Source: Candidatus Cloacimonadales bacterium
GTDB taxonomy: Bacteria > Cloacimonadota > Cloacimonadia > Cloacimonadales > JAFGVF01
Reading direction: 5' to 3'
Assembly: GCA_963678315.1 (NCBI GenBank)
Contig: OY782781.1
Span: forward strand, 224,001-288,000
DNA length: 64,000 bases
Position numbers and translations under genes: made by a program. Below the pieces are notes generated by a model. It did not search any database. It was not told the DNA's origin and saw only the letters and a list, made by a program, of their open reading frames with translations. The number at the start of each line of letters is the position of its first letter. Positions within the stretch are counted from its first letter, which is position 1. Positions 12,501-18,598 of the stretch are shown piece after piece.

Positions 12501-12740
12501 TTCATATAGATTTCCTTCACCAAATAAAGTGTCACATTCTATAGCAACACTATTGACTAATGTACCTGCATCTTGAGTTTCAAGCACTGCACTGAATCTT
12601 ATTGTAGAACCAATGTGCGCTATTTGTGCAGGATTACCATCGGCATCGAATATCTCATGGCTTACACTTACTGATGCAGCAAATGATAATGTTGTCATTA
12701 AGATAAACATCAAAATTAATACCGGATGTTTTTTAAACAT
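534..12740 (-). CDS. Giant secreted acidic multi-Ig-like-domain surface protein (S-layer/adhesin-like), 4068 aa up to the frameshift
   Basis: Signal peptide MFKKHPVLILMFILMTTLSFA and a GGAGG RBS. Rich in D/N/T/V, with recurring 'D.AGN...VD..AP' bacterial Ig-like motifs and a FlgD-like 'FEWDG...DG.Y' segment. The terminal QMVMLS* is frameshift product. Confidence 0.85.
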   Translation of the reverse strand: MFKKHPVLILMFILMTTLSFAASVSVSHEIFDADGNPAQIAHIGSTIRFSAVLETQDAGTLVNSVAIECDTLFGEGNLYELVPSARDIYNYSRDYVVEAGLLDGDVGGFPYKCYADVNAAGYDYEDDGPSNILINNIIYPVIDNPLSTWIDTPNPVSKVGDEIIFKLDRSQNVNTTNVVTVSIDLSSIGGPVDAEAVLNGEIFSYAYTLTETSLQGGYIADIVVPITMTNANNISSDNNDARNIIDGRTQTLPYVPVPADTQGPDISNISDLQYDDQYRFSSDTDDDFGWATDPNTIKAKIEIPGFGVGGNISQFVVRFDNENVMGDTPEYVTYNTTNTTIDGNFVKFEWDGILDGQLVSDAIYGLTLVSVADPAGNSVGFNALPPIANPVVANGNTELNKLDLVVDNAAPIFENIAGNASPLMSRDILTDAEILTIARNINEANNDPANVGIFDGADIVTSIDQVYFTFDVERDFTNDTEPGRREFVTYWFELENQDSSIKRYFYNGVGLEGDADVNNLVKMDAFDHNDDTNAHSTINTKTTMSWQPSMANFPAGVYSLSAFVQDNAGNVNKSTKEINVQDIFGGYIPPPVAVNASHITGFDVTTRHDGGNNGLPEVDNSNNPIFYIDSYDAQNELYFSSQNETIKIEIEISHPENASRVIVRRNNMLLPAGFDEVFTSNLDQTLSVEVPVSDFDESLTGYFTYGNSTSDIEILVETRNFEEDPYDVDNYASLTKKFKIEKPAEPTWPAIDSDIQVTPYCISPGNPADSYDSVTNPANESDLTGINSNPADVGGNTIEFDVTAASVAYAWELKVYDPANPNVKLSKSHTQEPADGALNDTLAFYNLSDDYQQIVGTTDTRVLTVELSIDPDGLEDTGYVAPEEFSVFASTKVDNENPQFLGMDNNHYLPAPTGNDYFVTNTVNSFELDVNVSEYLLEEGWSGVVYDESDFSLVPGAVVNITATGTGTSQICPNDITKNVYQSFTLNANIQNLNEGTRYTLVLRTPNDLAGNPGRVNNPAYPYDGDNWWNDSSEAFVHFIKLNNSAHDYPVLTNFYYINEDGDEVLNKAQESGSFRYEVYFNNYFNTRSVTQEGMNVEFSLNLISADYSQAIVQQVGGVYDGYYKWVWTGTYDGFTESYVTGDSLTIEFSSDLGFSQDDDSVHDFTHTDRSVVVDLTDPVITENSVPTSVDENNNLTLVYEITDADSGVQSDQVKIVCSDNTLIADNTVANDLGNDLYQWIIAIPADYDANTLTFTVTAKDMVDNETSTTADVDITAIPTVANVLVYNADPQNDNIHSFEPAIVEDGNKVNVNFDLTDIERIDAVSITLYTDDNNNVKTEAVALASIVEGNNTIAIEDVATTGLNQYSALRAKVEITHNYVNNLDSSFAESNNALLYPFIDDAQIVVEDIKFFVNGVESLNNEISAEMADQLVIEATLVAYDGMMDVNDVTLNYNTFVADAPIQVSSIFESTPVDSYPRNTFVYRWTNEDFNYDNFVRDGWGWLNVNFTLDVKSTTNFTTSYDEEAVAVAVQDIPTVANVEIHNATTTQHNDKSNHVDMVQDGNKVVVNYDLTDADRIDQVTVYLNNGESFIDNNFADGNNTFEIDNFGAGQEYATLRVDSLVISHPQEYQVFSSSDLTDVTLDVPFVDNNQVVITDFRFYVNGIETQNYFTADENQDFEVQVDVVAYDGHVDADDIALEYKDILAGNATLVNTVLDSEPVTGFVRNTYTYAWYQNAQEQDFDYSQFDVENGFENITFKANVTSNFNFIALEQAEEAVVIETPTFVFHGISPDRYTGMDPEGWFAPEHDVKLEMTIHSIIDDQAFVAEANFDQITDDFPDTRWVLGTVVSNMINDDVFPVWEHVVTWVETPDVASCWNAYDDGEEVQVQVRYEDFFAVNPITLNRGIKVDLEVPVYEDYSIAQGASDLTYAQAKVLADANTPVNQSQRNNFDLTLNDPNNLDSYFFDGSIYIKRIINDHQGVSILPSAVADISAIAGWTVEVLGSEAETDHTLTMIWKLTPNAPVDVENTDVMNVQFNSLEDLVNHENYVGEDYYSPSNKYAAAGPVVEIGFISSDADVQGVVGFQYDGNDRLNSASSKFVSAGNEIGLILDIEPQANDNATINSVEILADTYNGANGQWVTLASNGVTANGDFEYYLNSDITLDAATPVGPLSLTYRITYSTGEVRQATVANVYDVIDITSTELIALDVWSETLGKNSMNYVTPNDTDAHIRLKFRTPTTISAMAKPVATFTDFENVLDVNGPIVSNDADLTYDSANDIWTAEITGLTVRANHQVANETSQLVHAFVTTITGLNSPSSDSFIEFAGEGPLVPIIRHAELVTSGLMNNQADVVNVIALDSDEFINPVLNVYIDCQYQEYIDNVTVGNVNGLTFGDYTVTDTNINNSQWLVTFPVTVDRTQFTEGQSFDILVNSIRNPFELSATVFNHEYNVENVIVDGNDFDITIDAISIQNPTMGDFDFTFTLENFGENANLNYVPELSDIVISSPLLVNDLNPAQIINGVGSLTIDANDFTASAATEGSVEFTVTYKNIYGFTKAETINVLLDATAPIVSTNGFEFVTDNNVYSYVEGANINIEHDWSSIRLYLEDPTMFGTDGSGIANVTLTMDLGAVTPETPAYLARRVDAFNGQFIELAFNNFYTSHDLAEGRYVLNYTVTDALGNVYNNSQEFVNTYEQADVVPVSNVTDLNSGEDVDLEYYISDDLGIVNNVEFEIYYDEDNDGEWEDDAVLPGNPNLKLNPSDDVYPYGFTWDLSDDFYTQYLDNANYPNTNVRNFFVRILVTSSTMRTVTEYVFPYTVADVTAPVVTDVFANNSNNLSLVYDYENTQNNNVDFTALCTNWNDAASVELTVNGDVLTYDLTNPVPVNWIYNADDMGMVNISAVATDFVGNTSVAYDFSGTLDIQNPSYDKSYTLELKDYIDFNQANDSDVPAIYAPNSPVTDNSVKLLATYPNGLHGISQIEFYYEKTDNLTGNVETFNLTNDITINPDFGNSNVINSDQCYYDQGNDLYYSWITVDESIYTNGNNTLGTDYSYRFYAVMIDSYTNVEVVSDPAVVNVDENLRVDFASPSLAYNNASTTQTSWAKHDLGNDRLVVNYTDVDAIDENLVMVTTEINAVNVNVTGNVNNIVVDNVANTITIPWTSVNTLDLEGNVTYAVTVTDINGNTSAIENAVVYVDNQAPQTVIANIAYTTDEDHGGVAVSSLLPYNGTDEISVIASQDENLTIQIDRAAIAGLSTTDTDSWADRTQPWDNNSQDDIYPPVQLYSNVDGNGWIFTGLYDHEVDANNMYQFDISVNNATRIEYAVIALDTRGNIEGDVIPFDGIIDNYQIDLVVNVIPVADLTTNIFNHADGDHISGLEVLTANVAQPAIVQEMRFEYLDDVNGWTTIAPIDNDSQVIDYTFEVSSETINYPVIPGVHVILTSQSGNNDVRYELEEANGLWTIEETLPADVYDIKYYVDMDNNGIIEQDELNNHEIAAVAKTIDVTDYAVQFDTRTFDVDGEYQFRAVAVDNAVATVDENFANIRTLVIDNTAPQFTVTDVRYDDIQGFKVDEKDFDFSVNYDNINDIKNVYAYLVDSANTLFPIVNVAYGAYDTPATNFAMDLTDPFTNIVDGVYDLRVKVVDFAGNDYTVDYANVAGIGSDIHVDVTDPVVTNIASTNTGLYNITHTFTVNYTDYLASLGAVGSELGVKSFEATFTHGTTVDAVNVKTSDNGAQLTFDWTPSQEMQSYIVNGMNNLNVDIAVTVTDHNDHQSAIFNAAQAFVLEGEEPGARIMVVSDLRNNVETYHQTDVETNSVITDMVGNNILDLYAFIPEGNNVIVPTSVSAMISRDNGLTYDAAFDNVGSLGNNPAVIALVDGYDRYFKLTLDASTFTEENVIVKTISQYPFGQIENETSMTIYRDHIAPSIHVTELTDANVDINAVNRGTHYNVSIDGSDNYYLNAVTYKYRYLDADGNIASDWNEMFVTANGNTHIKDLNNENWHVADWNVGLDFLYATAVQIAPEVEDIFGNTESVTDYIVNQGSYYQVNIVDVAAPVVSNITVAQMVMLS

Positions 12741-12816
12741 AATTTGTAACCTCCAAATTATTTTTTTTAAAGTTTTTTAAATTTTTCATAAGTTTTTCTC
12801 TCTCAAATTAAAACTC

Positions 12817-12870
12817 CTACGGAGCACCACGGCTTCTAGCATCAGCATTTTGATAACTGTTACTAAACAT
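12817..12870 (-). CDS. Candidate 17-aa leader peptide MFSNSYQNADARSRGAP*
   Basis: GGGGGAG RBS just upstream of ATG 12870 and TAG at 12819-12817. The GC-rich 3' half stands out in an AT-rich leader. It ends 76 nt before the giant gene start. Confidence 0.45.
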   Translation of the reverse strand: MFSNSYQNADARSRGAP

Positions 12871-13544
12871 TTACTTCTCCCCCTTTTTTTATAATATTTC
12901 ATCTATATTTTTTTAATTTGAATTATTTGCGATTGTATAGATTTTGTTGAAAATTTAACACAATCAAAACAGCGTTAGAACACATTCTTTTTTTTCCCAT
13001 AATCACGTCCTTACTTACATTTAATACAACTTATTTTTCTTCATTCTATAAACATAAAAAAATTCAGTTAACAATCTCATTTCGTAATATCCTTGTCAAG
13101 ACTTTTTGTTGTTCAAGTTTTAAGACTTTTTTGGCAAATGCAACAGCTTATAATCTAATAGTATATTATGCAACAAGATACAATTCCCCTTAACTCTATC
13201 TTAACATATTTTTTTCTAATAAAAAACCATTATCCCTAACCTTCATAAAAGTAACATTTTCATTAGTCAACTATCTATATATTCAACACTTATGAAGTAT
13301 TTTTATCTAGGGGTTACAATGTAAAAAAATGCTCTTACATTTTTGATTAAAATCAGCATTTCGAAGACACCTTTTTTGCATATTTTTTATATAATTTAGC
13401 GGCATAATCTTGCTTTACTCTCGGTAAACATTCTCACAGCGTTCGAGTTCACATGTAGTCCCTTTGAGAATAAATACCAAATGAAATAACCATCAACGAA
13501 TTGCAGTAATAAACACGAATATAAGAATTCAAAATACACATTTA

Positions 13545-14173
13545 GCACAATGACACGAAAAAACACAAAGTTACACGAATCAGGCCCTAAACAATTAAAC
13601 ATCTAAACTCGCAAACATCATATCTGTTTAATCTGCCTTATCTGTGTTCTATTTTATTTGAAAGGCCAGCTATCCGGCAGAAGTCAGGCTAAAGACTGAG
13701 CACTCCCTGTTATCTTTCATTATTCACTTTCTATTTAAGAATTATGTCGTCCCTTCAGGACAAAGCAAGATCTTTGCGTAAGCATGAACTTTGTTCAACC
13801 TATCGGTGGATGCTTACACTCTGTCCAGTCCTAAATAATTTGACTGTTTTTCGTGTTATTCGTGCTTTTCGTGGTAAACTTTCCTGTTTGCAGATAAGGC
13901 CTAGCCTTTATGTCGCCCTTTCAGGGCTTTTTTTATTTTTTAACTATTACATGGAGGGCAAGCCTCCATGCTTAGTATATGCCACCCCTTCGGGGTTTTT
14001 ATGGATAGCATCTCCTCAATTCTCCATCCTAATTCATCACTTCTCTTTGCCAGCTATCCGGCATCAGCCGGACTAAAGGCAAAGCGTTCCCAGTAACTTC
14101 TCACTTCTAACTCCTTCCTTAAGGGTCTCCTTGAAAAATCGACCTTTTTTCAAGGTGGCAAGTAAGGAACAAG
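13545..14173. repeat. Intergenic cluster of short palindromic/REP-like modules
   Basis: Contains module A (13771-13821), module C (13665-13710, 14049-14094), module D (14109-14173), TATGTCGCCCTTTCAGGGC-type units (13743, 13909, 13978) and 8-9-nt periodic tracts. A, C and D recur elsewhere in the window. Confidence 0.85.
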
Positions 14174-14328
14174 GGAAACAATGAAGAATTCCTACAAATC
14201 CATAAAGCATCTATGTAAAACAAGTTTCAAACTTTTTTACAAGTTTTTTATTTATGTCTTGACGTCCTTGTAACATTTCTTTACATCTGACATTACTAAG
14301 TTTACAGTTTTTAAAAAGAGGTATCAGA

Positions 14329-17300
14329 ATGGATATTGGGATTAATGAAGCAATGAAGAAATATATTGTTGCTAAAATATCTAAAGTTTCTTCTTTAATG
14401 AACAAGATTGAAGAGAAAGGAAGTTCGTTAATTGAGGTAATTGGAGAATCAGGCACAGGTAAATCATTATTATTTAAGGATTTGATTTCAAGACTAGAAG
14501 CGAAGGGACTATTCCATCATGTTCTTACTCCAAAGATATTTTGTATAAATCACTTTAAAGAATTCATCCAAAAACTAACCAATATTTCTGAGAACGACTA
14601 TGCAAACATAACCCAGCAGAGCATTAAGTTCAAAACTCATGAAAAGTATGATTTCTTTTATTTTTTCTGTGAACAACTAAAACTTAGGGACTATATCAGA
14701 CCTTGCATTGTTTTAATTGATGATTGTAGCCTAATTGATGAATATACTAGAGATTTTATTCACTATATTATCAATGATTTTAGAGACTTACAAATTAAAG
14801 TAGTTACTTTTTCATCAAAGCAGATATTTACATTTTCAGAAAAAATAAATTTAGAGTATCTTAAGGCTGATGATATATCTGAAATACTTTCAAATAGCTA
14901 CCCTTCATCATCAAATGATTTTAAGCACGAAGGGGAAATCATTCTAAATATATCGAAAGGCAACTTATACATTGCTAATCATATAATTAACAAGGCTAAA
15001 ATGAACAAATCTAAGTTAGATATTTCTTCATTTATAGATAAAAATCTCGAAAGCAACGACCTTCATTTAAAATCTATTGAAGAACTAACAGATAATCAAA
15101 GAAAAATTCTGCTTTATATCTACCTCTTAGATGGTCATGCAAATATACTAAACCTTAAAACTGTTTTCACAAAGGACCTAAAGAAAGAACTAGATATTCT
15201 ATGTTCTAGATATTTGGCTGTTAATCATGGAACAAATTATTATATACATAAAATATCATCTTATTCCACAATATTCTCAAAGATTGCATTAAAAGAAATT
15301 AAAGATGACATTGAAAAATGTTTAGAATTACTTGAAGGCTTTGAATTACAATCCTACAATCTTGTTAGATATAACATAATGCTCAAAAAGTTTGATAAAG
15401 AGATATTTGACTCTGCACTCAAAGAGTTGAGCAAGTTAAATGATAATGTTGGCACCATAGACATTCTTAATTATATGTTTATGAAGCAGAAAAAAGCTGT
15501 TGAAAAATTAGATATTCTTAAGCAATTAGGATTAGCACACGAATATTTAGGTAATTATGAAGATGCTTCAGAGAAATACAGGGAATATTTGCATATATGC
15601 GGTAAGCATAACTTCCCTGAAGCGGAGATAATCTATCATTTATCCAAATCTCTTTTTGCAATGAACTCTTCAAACTTTGCTTTGGAGGTCATTAAGAAGT
15701 ATTCTCCAGAAAGTATTGATAGCTATTGGAAATCAAAAATTATCCTATTGAAGGGTGAAATTCTCACTGAAGCAGAAGAATTTGAAGAAGCTGTAACAAT
15801 TATTGATCAAGCAATCGGAAGTGCTTTCCAAATTAAAGACCCTAACAAGCAATGGAATCTTTTAGGTGATGCTAAAAAAGTAACAGGTAAACTATATTAT
15901 TATACTAATGATTATGACAAGGCGACAGACTTATTTAAAGATGCTGAGAACTACTATTCTAAAGCAGAAAATCAAAAAGGTCTAGCAGCTATTTATAACA
16001 ATATAGGTGTTCTACACCAGTTTAAAGGTGAATATGATAGCGCAGAAGAAATGTATCAAAAAAGTTTAGAACTAGAAACTGATAGATTCAACTTGAAAGG
16101 TATTTCTGTGTGTTATAATAATTTGGGTGGCTTGATGGATGACAAAGGTAATCGTTCTAGATCATTGAGTTATTTAAACCAAGCAATTCAAATTCAAACT
16201 CTTTTAAATGAGCCTTACCCTATTACTAACATTTACAATAACATTGGTATTACTTACATGGATAGTAAGGAGTATGAGAAGTCAGAAGAAGCTTTCTTGA
16301 AATCTCTTGAAATTGCTATAAACTTTAATTTCTATCGTGTATTAATCGCCACTTACAATAATCTTGGTGCACTATTTAATTCTAAGGGTGATTGGGATAA
16401 AGCAATCGAATACTATCAAAAAGCTATTGATAAATCTACAGAATATGATGACATAGATGGACTAATCATATCTTATAGTAATCTTGGTGAAATATATGAA
16501 AAATCGGGTGAATTCAATGTTGCTTATGATCTCTATTTCAAAGGACTTGAATTATTACCAAGAATAAATGATGAAAATATTAAAGCAGATTTATATGGTA
16601 ACATTGGATCTGTTTTAACAAGCCTACATAAATTCAAGGAAGCTTATTCTTTTTTAGTTGAGAGTTTAGACTTCTTTAAATCAGTTGATGCCAAACATAA
16701 AATTGTTGAAGGATGCCAAAAACAAGCAATGTACTTTGTAATGACACATAATTACGAAAGTGCATCATATTATCTAAATCAAGCACTTACCATTGCTGAA
16801 GAACTGAACTTAACTAATGAGCTTGGTAAGGCGTATTATCTAAAAGCTATACTTGAACAAAAAGATTCTGATTCAGCAAAAAAGCATATCCAAAAAGCAA
16901 TCGAATTGTTTGTTTCAAATTCTAAGCAATATGAGTTAGCCCAAGCCAACTATTTATTGGCAACAATTCTATCTGACGAAGCAGAATGGGAGCAAGCTCT
17001 CCAAATTCTTTTTAATAACAAGAAATTAATCAAGAAGTTTGGTTCAATTAAGCTTCTTGAGCAAAACGATATTCTAATTCAAAAAATCCAGAAAGAACAT
17101 GAAGCTGAACTTCGTGAGAATAAAGTTCAAGAGGATTTACTCAACAAGTTCTATGAAATAACAAATGAGCTTGGTGTAATTACTGATTTTGATAATCTCC
17201 TTGAACAATCACTAAATAAGCTTGTTGATTTTGCAGAAGCAGACAGTGCAGTCTTCTATCTTTTCAACAATAAAGCTCTTCCGGAGACTTGGGAATATAG

Positions 17301-18597
17301 GAATTATGCTAACTACAGTAATAAAGATAAGAATTTTGATGCAATTCAAGATATTATCCAACAAACCTATGCATCATCTCAAAAACTTGATTTAAAACAA
17401 CCACACTTTGCCCCTAGGTTCAATCATATAATTGGTATTCCTTTGAATCTAAGAAATAAGCCACAAGGCGTTATAGTACTAATGACAGCCCATGGTTCTC
17501 ATTATTTCCCAGAAAGAACTATCAACATGATTTCAGCCTTGTGTAATCAAATCATAATTCTGATTGAAAATGTTAAATCTTTAAGACTTGAGAAGACTCA
17601 TGATTCAATTAGAGGCAAACTAAACCAATCAAATACTTTCAATATTATTGGTCAAAGTAAAAAGATGTTGGATATTTTTGATATTATCAACAAAATCAAA
17701 GATACTCCGACCACTGTTCTTCTTGAAGGTCCTAGTGGTACTGGTAAAGAGCTAATAGCTCGAGCAATACATTATTCAAGTATTAGACGTAATAAAGAGT
17801 TTATTGCCCAATACTGTGGAGCTCTCCCAGAAACACTTCTTGAATCAGAATTGTTTGGTCACGTAAAAGGCTCATTTACGGGTGCAGCTTATGATAAAAA
17901 AGGTCTCTTTGAACTAGCCAACGGAGGAACATTCTTCCTTGATGAAATAGCAGATATTTCCCTTTCTACACAAGCAAAACTTCTTCGTTTTCTACAAGAA
18001 GGAGAGGTTAAAAGAGTTGGTTCAACAAAAACAGAGAAAGTTAATGTTCGTGTCGTGTGTGCTACTAATGTTTCCTTGATTGATAAAGTTAAAAAAGGTG
18101 AATTTAGACTAGATTTATATTATCGTTTAAATGTTATTAGGATTCAAGTACCTGCACTTATTGAAAGAAGAGATGATATACCATTACTAGGAATTCACTT
18201 CTTAGATAAGTACAACAAGCACATAAAGAAAAATGTAAGTGGAATCACTGATGAAGCTATGAAGATACTTCAAGGTTACGAATGGCCTGGTAATGTAAGA
18301 CAGCTTGAAAATGAAATTGAAAGAGCTGTGACTTTAGCTGATAGTTCTTCATTTATCAATGCTAACGATCTTTCACCAGAAGTGCTTAACTTCTCTGCTA
18401 ATAAGCAAACATTGAATATTCTATCTAAACCACAATCTCTCAAAGATGCAGTTGAAAAACTTGAGATTGATATGATTACACAAGCTTTAGAAGAATCTAG
18501 CTGGAACCAGACTAAAGCAGCTAAAATCTTAGGACTTAGTCGTCAAGGTCTTATTAAAAAAATGAAACGATATAATTTAGATAAGAATCAGGATTAA
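14329..18597 (+). CDS. Sigma54-dependent activator with N-terminal P-loop NTPase, TPR array, GAF, AAA+ and Fis-type HTH
   Basis: GESGTGKS near the N-terminus; repeated 'YNNIG/YNNLG' TPRs; GAF-like 'IGIPL...GVI'; GPSGTGKE, ESELFGHVKGSFTGA, FFLDEI, FRLDLYYRLNV and WPGNVRQLEN; C-terminal NQTKAAKILGLSR. Confidence 0.92.
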   Translation: MDIGINEAMKKYIVAKISKVSSLMNKIEEKGSSLIEVIGESGTGKSLLFKDLISRLEAKGLFHHVLTPKIFCINHFKEFIQKLTNISENDYANITQQSIKFKTHEKYDFFYFFCEQLKLRDYIRPCIVLIDDCSLIDEYTRDFIHYIINDFRDLQIKVVTFSSKQIFTFSEKINLEYLKADDISEILSNSYPSSSNDFKHEGEIILNISKGNLYIANHIINKAKMNKSKLDISSFIDKNLESNDLHLKSIEELTDNQRKILLYIYLLDGHANILNLKTVFTKDLKKELDILCSRYLAVNHGTNYYIHKISSYSTIFSKIALKEIKDDIEKCLELLEGFELQSYNLVRYNIMLKKFDKEIFDSALKELSKLNDNVGTIDILNYMFMKQKKAVEKLDILKQLGLAHEYLGNYEDASEKYREYLHICGKHNFPEAEIIYHLSKSLFAMNSSNFALEVIKKYSPESIDSYWKSKIILLKGEILTEAEEFEEAVTIIDQAIGSAFQIKDPNKQWNLLGDAKKVTGKLYYYTNDYDKATDLFKDAENYYSKAENQKGLAAIYNNIGVLHQFKGEYDSAEEMYQKSLELETDRFNLKGISVCYNNLGGLMDDKGNRSRSLSYLNQAIQIQTLLNEPYPITNIYNNIGITYMDSKEYEKSEEAFLKSLEIAINFNFYRVLIATYNNLGALFNSKGDWDKAIEYYQKAIDKSTEYDDIDGLIISYSNLGEIYEKSGEFNVAYDLYFKGLELLPRINDENIKADLYGNIGSVLTSLHKFKEAYSFLVESLDFFKSVDAKHKIVEGCQKQAMYFVMTHNYESASYYLNQALTIAEELNLTNELGKAYYLKAILEQKDSDSAKKHIQKAIELFVSNSKQYELAQANYLLATILSDEAEWEQALQILFNNKKLIKKFGSIKLLEQNDILIQKIQKEHEAELRENKVQEDLLNKFYEITNELGVITDFDNLLEQSLNKLVDFAEADSAVFYLFNNKALPETWEYRNYANYSNKDKNFDAIQDIIQQTYASSQKLDLKQPHFAPRFNHIIGIPLNLRNKPQGVIVLMTAHGSHYFPERTINMISALCNQIIILIENVKSLRLEKTHDSIRGKLNQSNTFNIIGQSKKMLDIFDIINKIKDTPTTVLLEGPSGTGKELIARAIHYSSIRRNKEFIAQYCGALPETLLESELFGHVKGSFTGAAYDKKGLFELANGGTFFLDEIADISLSTQAKLLRFLQEGEVKRVGSTKTEKVNVRVVCATNVSLIDKVKKGEFRLDLYYRLNVIRIQVPALIERRDDIPLLGIHFLDKYNKHIKKNVSGITDEAMKILQGYEWPGNVRQLENEIERAVTLADSSSFINANDLSPEVLNFSANKQTLNILSKPQSLKDAVEKLEIDMITQALEESSWNQTKAAKILGLSRQGLIKKMKRYNLDKNQD

Positions 18598-18598
18598 A

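Noticed and set aside
13399..13415. Sigma54-like GGCATAATCTTGC
   Set aside because: GG-GC spacing is 9 rather than 10 nt. The look-alike at ~26905 has 11 nt and lies between convergent genes.
13968..13984. Minus-strand TGGCATATACTAAGCA with correct -24/-12 spacing
   Set aside because: Lacks the TT before GC, lies inside a REP-like unit and is 1.2 kb from the giant gene start.
13744..14076. 110-aa ORF, and the 68-aa ORF at 13396-13602
   Set aside because: They run through palindromic repeat modules or periodic tracts and have no RBS or recognisable domain.
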